In this document: positions 24,449 to 35,600 of the stretch, one piece after another
How positions within the stretch are numbered: the first letter of the stretch is position 1
Layout: each line of letters begins with the position of its first letter
Source of the DNA: Schmidtea nova
Taxonomy: Eukaryota
NCBI GenBank assembly: GCA_044892505.1
Contig: CM097884.1
Coordinates: 135,284,001-135,348,000, forward strand
Direction of reading: 5' to 3'
DNA: 64,000 bases
Program-made: the position numbers and the translations under genes
The notes under the pieces: generated by a model
What the model was told of the DNA's origin: nothing
Databases searched by the model: none
What the model saw: only the letters and a program-made list of their open reading frames with translations

Positions 24449-24981
24449 AAATCGATCTTTGTGGGAAAAAGTGAATTCGATATCTGCGGACAGTTTAGAG
24501 CGCCTGAACCGGGATGAATTGAATTTAGCGAGGAAAGGTAAAGTAAATAATAACAGAGGGTTTAAGTGTCCTGAAGCAAGAATGAATCGGGTTGAAAAAT
24601 AATAAATAAAAGTATGAGTGTAAAATAATGAGATTGATGAACGTGATGAAAGTATGCATGAGAATGAAAGTATGAATGATAATGGAATGGAAGTATGAGG
24701 ACGAATGAAGTATGATGAATAGTATGTGGAATAACAGTATGAAAAGTGATGAAAAGTATGCATGACGTAAGGTAAAAGTATGCTGAAAAGTGTGCATGAA
24801 AATGGTATGAGTGTGAGCAACTAACAATGATCATGTCGGGGCGACATTCAAGAACACGGGGGGATATACACGCAGTGACGCAAAACAGAACAACAGAAAG
24901 CGAACAGTAGGACTACCATAGAATAAAAATAAGAAATAATAAATAAAAATCGACAGAAATTAATGGTAATTCATTCAGGGG

Positions 24982-25440
24982 ATGGAGAACAAAATAAAAG
25001 AAATGCAAACGTTTTTCGAGACAAATAACGAGACAATGGAGATAATAATGAGAAAGTTAAGACGACTCGAGGTAGGAGGATATCACAAACCGACAAACAA
25101 CACAGAAAGAGCTGAAACAATGATGAGCATAAGCGAGAATAAGATAACAGTGGATACAGCAACACGATATCAGTGGTATAGAGAGCGCTTAAACAACCCT
25201 GAAATGAATATCGAGTGCCACAGGCTAGAACAACAGATTGCAACAAAACACGATGAGTGGAAAAGAACGACAACCGAATATACGAGACAGTATCTGACGT
25301 GTTACATCTGTGAAATAAACAAAATACAGATAATGTTGTTGCCGTGTGGGCATTTTCGATTCTGTAATGACTGTAAAATAAATGAACGATGTCCTATGTG
25401 CAACCTTCCCGTATCCGAGAAAATAACAGTGTACTTGTAA
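24982..25440 (+). CDS. IAP-type C3HC4 RING finger protein without BIR (152 aa)
   Basis: C-terminal CYICEINKIQIMLLPCGHFRFCNDC...CPMC...KITVYL; AATAAA just after the stop. Confidence 0.8.
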   Translation: MENKIKEMQTFFETNNETMEIIMRKLRRLEVGGYHKPTNNTERAETMMSISENKITVDTATRYQWYRERLNNPEMNIECHRLEQQIATKHDEWKRTTTEYTRQYLTCYICEINKIQIMLLPCGHFRFCNDCKINERCPMCNLPVSEKITVYL

Positions 25441-26140
25441 TAGAAATAAAGTTTTGAACAAGTGCAGTTGTTATTGAAATTATGAGGGTTTAATAGTGAT
25501 TTGGTAAAAATGACCTAAGTAATTATGAGCTACTTACGAGTAGTCCGTTAAGCACCCATTTGGGGGAACCAACTGATCAACTCACCCGAGATGTGTAGAA
25601 AGGGATCCAATCGCGGATATTGGAAAGCTCTTGTGATGTGACTGATCACCACATCGTGCATCAGTGGACCAATGCGATCTTTTTATATATTTTGCTTGGG
25701 GTGAAAGGTAGGGACAACTCAATGAGGTTAGGCGCGCGCAGAAAAACTATAAAAAAAATAGGATGATAAACTGATCAGTAAAGAGAGAGAGAAAGCAATG
25801 AAATGAGTAAGATGAATAGCGAAACGGAGTATATGATGAAAGGCACGTAATCAGCTCGCATAAGGTAAAATCAAGTAGAGAAGTCGATGAATAAATAACA
25901 GAATAAAGGGGTGTAGTAGATGAGCCGAGTAAAGGGAAAACTCGAGGTTAAATGAATTCCTTGAAAGAAAGGAAATGATAAGAGGGGTCCTAGAGAGAAA
26001 GGATTTGCCCATAGTTCTTGAAAAATAGAACTTAACGAAACACGACAATAGATTCTCCGAAGAAGCATAAGTGACCACTGGGAGGAACATCCCGAAGCAA
26101 CACATGCAACCACTGAGAGATGATATTTCGAGTTTTCGTT

Positions 26141-26739
26141 CGTGAGCATAGGTCTCATAGTGAGCATAGGTCTCGTCATAAAACATAACATCCTAGTGAG
26201 CGTAGGTCTCGTCATAAAACACAACACCATAGTGAGCATAGTTCTCGTAGTGAGCAGAGTTCTCATTAATAAACACAAGACCAGCGAACCTAGTCCTCAT
26301 CAGTGAGCGTAGTTCTCATCAATAAACATAGCCATCGTAGTGAGCGTAGTTCTCATCAGGAAACATAATTCCTGTAGTCACCATCAGTGAGCGTAGTTCT
26401 CATCGGGGAACATAGTCCCCAGGGCAAAGAGTTTCCATCAGTAAGCAAAACCCTCATAACAACCATGTTTTGCCAGTGAGCATAGTTCTCGTTAGTGAGC
26501 ATAGTTCTCGTCATTGAGCATAGTTCTCGTTAGTGAGCATAGTTCTCGTCAGTGAGCATAGTTCTCGTCAGTGAGCATAGTTCTCGTCAGTGAGCATAGT
26601 TCTCGTCAGTGAGCATAGTTCTCGTCAGTGAGCATAGTTCTCGTCATTGAGCATAGTTCTCGTCATTGAGCATAGTTCTCGTCATTGAGCATAGTTCTCG
26701 TCAGTGAGCATAGTTCTCAGCCGTGAGCATAGTTCTCGT
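26141..26739 (+). repeat. 19-bp tandem array (AGTGAGCATAGTTCTCGTC)
   Basis: About 14 near-perfect copies at 26475-26739, plus degenerate interspersed copies from ~26141. Confidence 0.9.
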
Positions 26740-27062
26740 TCGAAATAATATTGAGTAAAAGCCCACGAGAAAGACGACGAAGTGAGGCAGATGAGGACTA
26801 AATAAAGTATAAAACTATCCGGATAGTGAAGATCAATAAGCGGTAATGGAGATGAATAAATGATAATGAGGATAAATGATGAATAGTGAAAATGAATAGC
26901 GAATAATGAGGAATAAGGGTTGAAAGAAACCGAGGTAATAATGTGAGAGTTGAAGGTGCGCACCTGGGAATTGATAAATGCGAGTAAAGCTGATTATGTG
27001 GCCTAACGACGTCAAAGTATGCATACATAGGAGTAATAAAGTAAAGTGAGTAAGTGAAGGGT

Positions 27063-27528
27063 GCTGACTGGAAAACCCAGCAGACCATGAGATTCCATGG
27101 GAATAAAATGAAACCGGTTTGTTAAGACAGGTAAAAGTGGTAAAGACGCTAGCTGGAAAACCCAGCAGGTCAATGATAACGATCAGGAAAGATCGAGAGA
27201 ATAAAAGGGAGTAACAATAAAGTGGTGAAATTGGGGACGCTGACTGGAAGACCCAGCAGGTCAAAAGTGATGATCATCGGAGTAAAGAGCAGGTAAAAGT
27301 CGACAGTGAAGAGATAAAGGGTGAATAATAAGAGCGCTGACTGGAAAAACCCAGCAGGCTAATGAAACGACAATAGAGGTCGAGAATAATGAAGCAGAAA
27401 TAAAAGGTGAGATTAAAAGCGCTGACTGGAAAACCCAGCAGGCTAATGAGATAATGAGTGAAGTTGAGAGAAAACAAAGATCGAGATAAAAAGTGAGATT
27501 AAAGGCGCTGACTGGAAAGCCCAGCAGG
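27063..27528 (+). repeat. Six regularly interspaced hairpin repeats GCTGACTGGAAAACCCAGCAG
   Basis: Copies at 27063, 27148, 27239, 27336, 27421, 27507 (period 85-97 nt); CTGG/CCAG stem kept in all six. Confidence 0.85.
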
Positions 27529-28405
27529 CCAACGAGAGACGTCAGTTGAATTAAAGGTGAGTAGAGATGAGAATTGAAATGAAGTAGTAAACGTAGTGCG
27601 AATAGGAGATGAAGCGAATAGTTGGGAAATAGAGTAGTTGACAGATAAGGGGAGATTTGAACTCAGAGCCAGAGAAGCCTGAGAAAAGTAAAGGGGATAA
27701 TAAGAGCGCTGAGCGACAAAGTAATCGGGAAACTGGGGAAAAAGTAATTGGTGTATTTGATAAAGAATAGATAATTGATGCGACTGCATAGATAATTTAA
27801 ATAGACTTAAAATCAAGGGAAATGGGAAAAATGGGGATCTTCATGAATTATGACTACACCCGTGAGAGGGACGAGAAACACGATAACGGGGACGTATCGT
27901 GTAAGTGATTATTTGTTTTAAGGAAACAAATCAATCAAGCAATTCAAAGCAATCTAGCAGTCAGAGCAGTCAAAGGAAACAAAACGAAGAAGAAGCAAAG
28001 CAAAAGCGGAGTAGAAAATCAGTTGAGAATATAAGAAGTTGAGGAATAGACAAAATTGAGGGACGAGAAACAAGATCAGGTATAATACCAATCTTAACGG
28101 AAGCAGAAAGAAAAGCAGCAAAAAGGACAAGAACAGGTAACAAGCCTAAGCAGCAAAAGAACAAACAAGTAGAGATCAGCGATAATTCGAGTAATAAAGA
28201 GAACCAAGAAGAAACCCCAGAAGATCTAGAAGTACAAAACGAAGTAGAGACGATAGACAGTGAACTAGTCAGAGAAAACAGAACAAGAAGCGAATCAAGA
28301 GATAACGAAACAGAGAGTAGCAAAGAAGAAGAGTCGAATTCAGAAACAAGTGGTGAACTAGAAGTAAAGAAAACTAGTACAGTATTCCAAGATAGTGGAA
28401 TCGGG

Positions 28406-29551
28406 ATGAGTGATCACAGAGAGGATCTAAGAGAAAAATTCAAGGGCGAACCATTTAATGGAGACGCCAGTAGATTGGACACGTTTCTGAAGGAATTTGG
28501 CATATTCGTGGATATATGCGGATGGAGTGCAGAAACGTTAGCGAATCGAATCCCGCTATACTTGAAAGATAGCGCATTGGATCTGTATATTGAAAAGAGA
28601 TCTGGAAGTAATCCACCCAGAACGTGGGAAGCGATCAAGGAGTTCTTCCAACAGACGTTTGGGATAAACAAAGTGCTGAATGAAGCATTCGATGAGTTCT
28701 CAGCAAGAAAACAAAGGAGAAATGAGTCAAATGCGGTGTACGCAAGCGAATTAAGAAAGTTGGCGAAACTGGCATTCAACAGAGGAAGCCCAGTAGACGA
28801 AGAATTGATGACAGCGTTATTCGTACGAGGTCTCAGGAGACCTGACATCAGAGCACAAGTGGGATGCAAGGGATGTAAAACAGTAGATGAAGCGTTGGAA
28901 GCAGCCAACCTATTCGAATTGCATATGGCAATGAATGACATGAGAATTACGGCGGTAATGGGAAAAACGACAGAAGATGAAGAACAAGGAAAAAGAAACA
29001 TGAATCAGAGTATTCCCCATTCACAGAGATTGTTCAAAGAACCGCCAGCGAGGAAGAATAACGGATATATCACGGTGAACACGAATGGAGGAAATAGTTA
29101 CAATGACAGGCAGAATAGGCAATGTCAGACGTGTGGGAAAAACGGACATTGGCAACAAGAGTGTTTCCAGAATGTAGCCTGTAAACTGTGTGGACAAAAA
29201 GGTCACTCAGAAAATCGATGTTATGGGAAAACGTGTTACACATGTGGAAAAACCGGACACATGTCAAGAGACTGTAATCAACAGAGAAGTTGGTCAAACA
29301 GTGGAAATAGACCGAATTACGGGAATCGACCAAGCTATGGGAATCAAGGTCAACAACGGAACAACCCAAACAGCAGTGCAAACGAAGCTAGTATGAAAGA
29401 AGCTAAGTTGAGACAGGAGGTATCCAGATTACACGAGATAATCGAAAGCATGGCAAAGGGAAGCCAACAAGCTGCTCAACCAAAGATAAACATGATCCAG
29501 TTAATAGAAGCTGAGGCCGAAAGAGAAAACAGAGAGTCAACAGAAACATAA
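28406..29551 (+). CDS. gag: Gag (retrotransposon capsid domain plus three CCHC zinc knuckles)
   Basis: FNGD...LKDSAL..Y...W..IK..F..TFG capsid pattern; CQTCGKNGHWQQEC, CKLCGQKGHSENRC, CYTCGKTGHMSRDC. Confidence 0.93.
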   Translation: MSDHREDLREKFKGEPFNGDASRLDTFLKEFGIFVDICGWSAETLANRIPLYLKDSALDLYIEKRSGSNPPRTWEAIKEFFQQTFGINKVLNEAFDEFSARKQRRNESNAVYASELRKLAKLAFNRGSPVDEELMTALFVRGLRRPDIRAQVGCKGCKTVDEALEAANLFELHMAMNDMRITAVMGKTTEDEEQGKRNMNQSIPHSQRLFKEPPARKNNGYITVNTNGGNSYNDRQNRQCQTCGKNGHWQQECFQNVACKLCGQKGHSENRCYGKTCYTCGKTGHMSRDCNQQRSWSNSGNRPNYGNRPSYGNQGQQRNNPNSSANEASMKEAKLRQEVSRLHEIIESMAKGSQQAAQPKINMIQLIEAEAERENRESTET

Positions 29552-29639
29552 TCAAGAATGGGCTAGAGTACGACGAGAAGAAGAACAAGTCAGGCAACAA
29601 CGATTACAACAGTTAAAAAAGGGAAATCCAAGGATCAAC

Positions 29640-32600
29640 ATGATGCGAGCAATGATGGAAGAGAAGCAGCAGGATGAGTCAGACGAGTTAGAAGTTAAAG
29701 AGAAAAGAAACGAAGAGCAGAAACAAGAAGAAGTGAGTCAGGAAGTAGAAACTACAGAGCAGAATCAAAAAGTGGAAGAAGTAGAAAAAGAAACAGAAAC
29801 AGAAAAAGAAACAGGAAAAGAAACGAATCAAGAAGAGGGAGTGAGAATCAAACAAAGAGGAATGTTGGTGATCATGCCGAATGATCACGTATTTCGATTC
29901 AAATACGATGTAAAAGAAGAAGTAGGAAGATTGTTCAATAAAGTAAATGAGATGATTCCGGGAGTGACGAAACTGCCCAGAGAAGCATTCCTACAAACAG
30001 AGGATCTACCAGAAGTGAAGTTAAAGATGACTGATATATGGGAAGATATGGGAGTAACGGAGACGAAAATAAACGTGATGATCATCAGAGAGGTGGAACC
30101 GGAGAAAATCCCACCACCAGTGAAACATCAAACTCGGATCAGTCGAATATTCAAAGGAAAAATAAGACGAAGACGGTTGGAAGAAATAGAGGAGTTGGAG
30201 AAAAGAATGGGAAAAGCTGAAATAACGGGAAACGAGAATGAACTAATACAGGAAGTTAGCAAAAACGAAGCGAGACCAACCGCGCATATTGGGATGCTGA
30301 GACACCCAAGACAAGAGTTGTCAGATGAAGAAGATGACAGCGAAGTTAGCAGTCTGGCAGGAGACATGCTAAAGGAACCGGAAAACGAGGATAAAAAGAT
30401 GGAAGTAGTCGAGACGATAGAAATGATGTCAGTAAAGGAAGAGGAAATTCAGAAGCTGATGGATAACGCGTTGGAAGTAATCCATAACGAGGAGTTTATC
30501 GACGGGAAACGATATAGAAAGTTTATACGAGCAGTATGGCAGATGAAGTATAAAGAGTGGTTACAAGAAAGAGAAGTGAGGGTAATACAAGAATTCATAG
30601 AGAAGTTATTGAAAGAACCACTGAACGAATACGTAATACAAATATGGATAAACGAGTGTTCACCGAGAATCTGGATAAGGAACCCAATGACGGATGGAAT
30701 ATATCGATGGGTTGAGGACAGATTGGGAAGCTCGTACAAAGACAAGTTCATATACTCAGGAAACGGATTGGTGAGAAAAGGAACGCATATGATAGACACA
30801 GGCATATGGCCAGGAGAAATAACGACGTTATCAATATGCAACACCAAAAAGGAAGAGAACTTACAAGGAATCGTCAAAGAAGCGAATACGTGTTACGAGA
30901 TGAGAATAAAACCTCAGTTGGTAGAGGCAAAAGAAAGAATCTTGGCGGAGAATTTGAATACGATGATAGAACAGATCATCCAACAAATCAAGAAACATCG
31001 AAAGGAATTGACGAAAAACGAGTATGAGAATTTGAAACAGTGTATCGAGAACATACGAGATACAAGTCAAACGAGACATTCAAATTTCAAAACAGACAAG
31101 CTAATTGCAAAGATGGGAAAAGAAATGTTTAAAAGAGGAGAGGTATCAGACCTGAAGATTACCGTGAGATTGCCGAACGAGGAGACAAGACAAATTGAAG
31201 TAATACCAGATAGTAAAGTGGGAGAAATAGTAGAGGTCATCAATGAGACGATATTACAACGAGAACGAGAAGACGAATTCGAAGATGACATTGCGATAAA
31301 ATACAAAGAACATCTACTGAACGAACGTGACGAAAGACGAGCGTATAAAATCGGCATATGGGACAATTTCCAGACAATACACGTCATCAGAATGGATGAT
31401 GTGCCAAGAGCAACACCAAGAGATGAGGAAAGGAAAAAGAAACGACAAGAGGACGTTATGCGCAAGTTGAGGCAGATAGTAGAAATCTATCGGAACTGGC
31501 AGATGAAGCCAGAATGGGAGACAATATTGGGGGAATTGGATCTTAACCGACGACGATTGACGCCAGTAGAGAAGCAATGGGATAACAAAGAGAAACGTTG
31601 GAAAGTGAAAAGAGGCGTATATGAAGAAGATCCGGAGGGAGAAGACAGATACGAAACGAATACAAAACGGATATGTATGGTAACAAGGAGAATATTACCA
31701 ACGGACTTAGACGGACCAGAAACTGCAGTAATATGGGCAGAATTGGAGAAACAGAAAACGAGTGAATTGATCGAGCTGTTGAGAGGAAATACTCGGGGAA
31801 AAAGACAAACAAAAAAAGGCTTAGCACAATTCATAATCTCAAATGGAGAAGACATAACGAACTTGAGAAAAGTAGCTAAAGCGATAGCAGAATACAAGAG
31901 AGTTAACGAGTGGTGTCCAGAGCAACTAGACGAGGTAATAAAAAAGTGGAGAAACAAAGAGTTTACGGAGGAAACGCCACAGAAAATACATTTGAGGATA
32001 ATGTATCCGAATCAGAGAAAAGAAGAGTTTTGGGTGATGCTAACAGAAAAAGTGAAGAGTGTTAAAGAGAAGCTGATGTATGAACTACCATTCCACCTGC
32101 AACATCAAGGACGATCGTTGGATAACAATTTGGAAATCTGGCTGACACCAGTACAATTGGATCTAATGAATACGCTAACAGTGGCACAGATAGTGGGTCA
32201 ACCACTGAAGTTTAAAGAGGAAAAGAAAGCGAAAGGAAGCATGAGTACACCAAGTCCGATGAAGTCAACAACGACCCCAGGAACAAGTTCGGGACAAGCA
32301 AGGACAACACCAATCAAAACGAGAGAAAGAACACCGCCAGAAGCGTATGACGTCGATGAGATACTAACAGACAGTGACGAAGCGATAGAAGAATTAACGA
32401 AACTGACTCAAAAACCAACGGCGAACATTTTTGACAGAATAATAGAGATGCCAATAACGTCACCAGCAGAAATCGACGATCAAGGAGTGGAACAGGAGGT
32501 AGTCATAGAAATGGTAAACGATTCGGAAGACGAACAAGAACAACCACAGTTTACTCAAGAAATGGAAAGATGGTTAGAACAGCGAGCGAACGAAGGAAGA

Positions 32601-35600
32601 GATGTTACAGAAGAAACCGGAAGAGCAGCGAGATTTGTAGAAACCGGAACTGGAATGGAAAAACGACCAAGAGGGAGACCAAAGATAGATCTAGCAACAA
32701 CAATTCCAAAGACAAGAGAAGAAAGGAGACAAGAGCAATGGGAGATTTGCTTGAAGAAACTAGACAAAATCGCAGAAATCAGAGGAAAAGAGGAGAATCA
32801 AGTTTGTCAAGGAGAAGAATGGCTCACCAAAACGATAATGGATGTACTAGCAATAATTGACCCAGACTTAAAGAATTTGTGGCGAATAAACGAACCTAGT
32901 ACAAAGGCAAAAATGCTACACAATGCAATAGCACCGATTATGCCAGAATTGATAAAGGCAAAAACAAAATCGAATCATCTAGATTGGCAAGGAACCACGA
33001 TGTTGATAAAAGGGCTACTTAACGGAGCAGAGACGGATAGCAAATATCTAGTAGCAATCTCGTATACGATATACAATTTGTTAACGCTAAGCCGAGGGAG
33101 TCCGAAGTCAAGTCCGATGGGAAGACATATTAAAAATACGGCGATGATTATCGAGAAAGAAATTGAACCATATATCCTCAGAAAAGGAGGATGGGAGAAG
33201 TTCATAAAAGAGAACCAGACGAAAGAAGGCTCTAACGTGATGAGAAAGAAACTCGAAGGAGTATTGAGAGAAATGGAGAATAGACAAACGATGCAAGGAA
33301 ACGGAAGATCGACGTTGAATCTAAACTCGATAATCATGATGATGCTAGTATGGTTGTTAAGCACAGAAGGTGTAACAACGTTCGAAGTATTTGATTGTGA
33401 TCAAATGAAGTTAGGAGAAAAGTACTCATTGAGAGGTACGGAGCAATGCAAAGATGCAACTCCAGTAGAGTTAAAAGAGATTAAAAAAGAACAATGGTAC
33501 CACGTGTATCAAGAGGCAGAACTAATAAAGACAATGGTGAATGAATGCAAGGTACAGAAGACGAGATTCGCATTCTATTGTGGGAGAGGACATTATTCAG
33601 CAATTGTCATGCCAGGAACAGAAAGAGAACCAATCGTATTGCAAGGGGAAGACTGCGAAGCATTATTTAAACATGGAGAAGTAACAACGAGAGATAAAAT
33701 CAAGATAAAAGGAAAACCAGGAATGATGTTACAGCAGACATATTACGTAGCAGGACGAATTACGGGAGGAGAAGGATATTGTCAAGGAGAAACCTACCCA
33801 ATATTTGGAGTACCTGCAACCAACTTAGTGGTAATGGATACGTACATAGTCGAACTGAAAAGTTACGAAGCATTCTTCGAACCAACAACAGGAGAAATGA
33901 AAACGTTATCCATGTGTAAAATTGACAGGAGTATGTGTCAAACGGGAATGTCAACTTTGGTGTACAAACCGAAAGTGAACGAATGTCAATTACAACTGCT
34001 ACAAGGAGCAAAGTTCGACGAAATTCAAGGAAAAACGTTCCAAGAGGAGGACGATGACGACAAAGCTAGAGCAAAACATCTCAAAGAAGCTTTAGAAAAT
34101 AAAAGACAACTGAAATCAGAGCAGAGAGAGAAACGGATAGAGATGAGAACCACACCAACAGTGTTGATAACCACAAATCAGGATGTGGGCATGAGATTCA
34201 TAAAAGGGAAAGCAACCCTTAAGTGCAGTACAACAGTATACGAAACAAACTATCCAGGAATATATGTGTCAAAGCAAGAAGTACCGAATGCGAAACCCAA
34301 GATCGACACAATGGATATCAAGCTACACTTGTATGTGAATAATAAAATGGATTTCTTATTCCATAGAGGACAAGCCTCATTGCAAAAAGTGTACTATGAT
34401 CTGATAAACAACGATTGTATACTGAATCGAGAAATATTGAAGACAAAGTTGGCCGTAGCGATTACGAATCCAGATAGCGCGATGCCATTATTACCACTGA
34501 GAGAAGGACATTTCGGAAGAGTGGTCGGAGAAGCAATGTACGTATACATTTGCGAAAAGACACACGCATCGCTAGCAGCAACAACGCAGTTGAAACCTGG
34601 ACAATGTACAAACGAACTAGAAATCGATTATAAAGGAAAAGTACGATATGTTCAACCGGTGACGAGAATCATCAATCCACCAGGGTTTGAACCAAATCCA
34701 TTCAACTGTAGTAATGCGTACGGACCGCTTTATCAGAAGCCAGATGGCAAATGGGTTATGTTCCCAGGAAGAACCGAAGTATTAGCACCAAGAGAATTTG
34801 AACTGATGCAGTTGTCAAAAGATAGACAGTTCAGTGACGTAGATGTCTCAAACAACGGAATCTATAGTCCAAAGGATCTAGAAGCAGCAAGGCAGAATAT
34901 ACTATTTCCGGCAAGAAGAGAAGCATTACTGTCAAATATCGTAACGATAACGGGAGGAACGAATTATCGAGAAGGACCGAATTACGAACTGCTGTTGTCA
35001 CCGGCACATTTCAAGAAAGCCACAGAAAATATGATGAAGGCAATGTGGGGAAGATTCCTGATATTTGGACAAATGATGGCTGGAATACTGGGGGTTATAC
35101 TGATAATACAAATCGTCAGAGTGATAATAACGCAAATGTTAGCGTGTTTCGATATCTACAAGAGAGAAAAGAAAGTGAATTGGAAAATGGTAGTAGGGTT
35201 TTTACCATTCCTTGCGAAAACGATGGTGTTACACGGACACTCAAAAGACATACATCGAATAAAGAGGTTGTTGAAGATACTTGCAAAAATGAGAGGAACA
35301 AATGAAGATGTCGGAAGGAAATTCAAAAAGATAATGCAAGATGAACAAGCAAGACGACAACTGAAGAAGGAAAGGAAAGGATTATGGGAAAGAGTGAAGG
35401 GATATCGAACACAAGATGATTCAAGCAACGACGACGATGACGATGACGATCAAGGAGGACAAGCGAATATAAACCAGATTCCACAGTATAACGAAAAGAG
35501 TGCAGTTGAGAATTGGAGATACAGTGCTCCACCTCAGTCAATGTATAACGAACCGATATACAAAGCGAAGCCGAATATGATGCAGATGATGCCGATGACA

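Noticed and set aside
27063-27528. CRISPR-like appearance (palindromic repeats with spacers)
   Set aside because: Eukaryotic retroelement context, no cas genes, spacers of ~65-75 nt that resemble each other, and variable repeat loops
25851-27816. Overlapping minus-strand ORFs in the leader
   Set aside because: Products are low-complexity translations of the tandem and hairpin repeats
33321-35250. Endogenous chuvirus genome
   Set aside because: No L polymerase or nucleoprotein; the glycoprotein is in frame within a Gypsy pol ORF between LTRs
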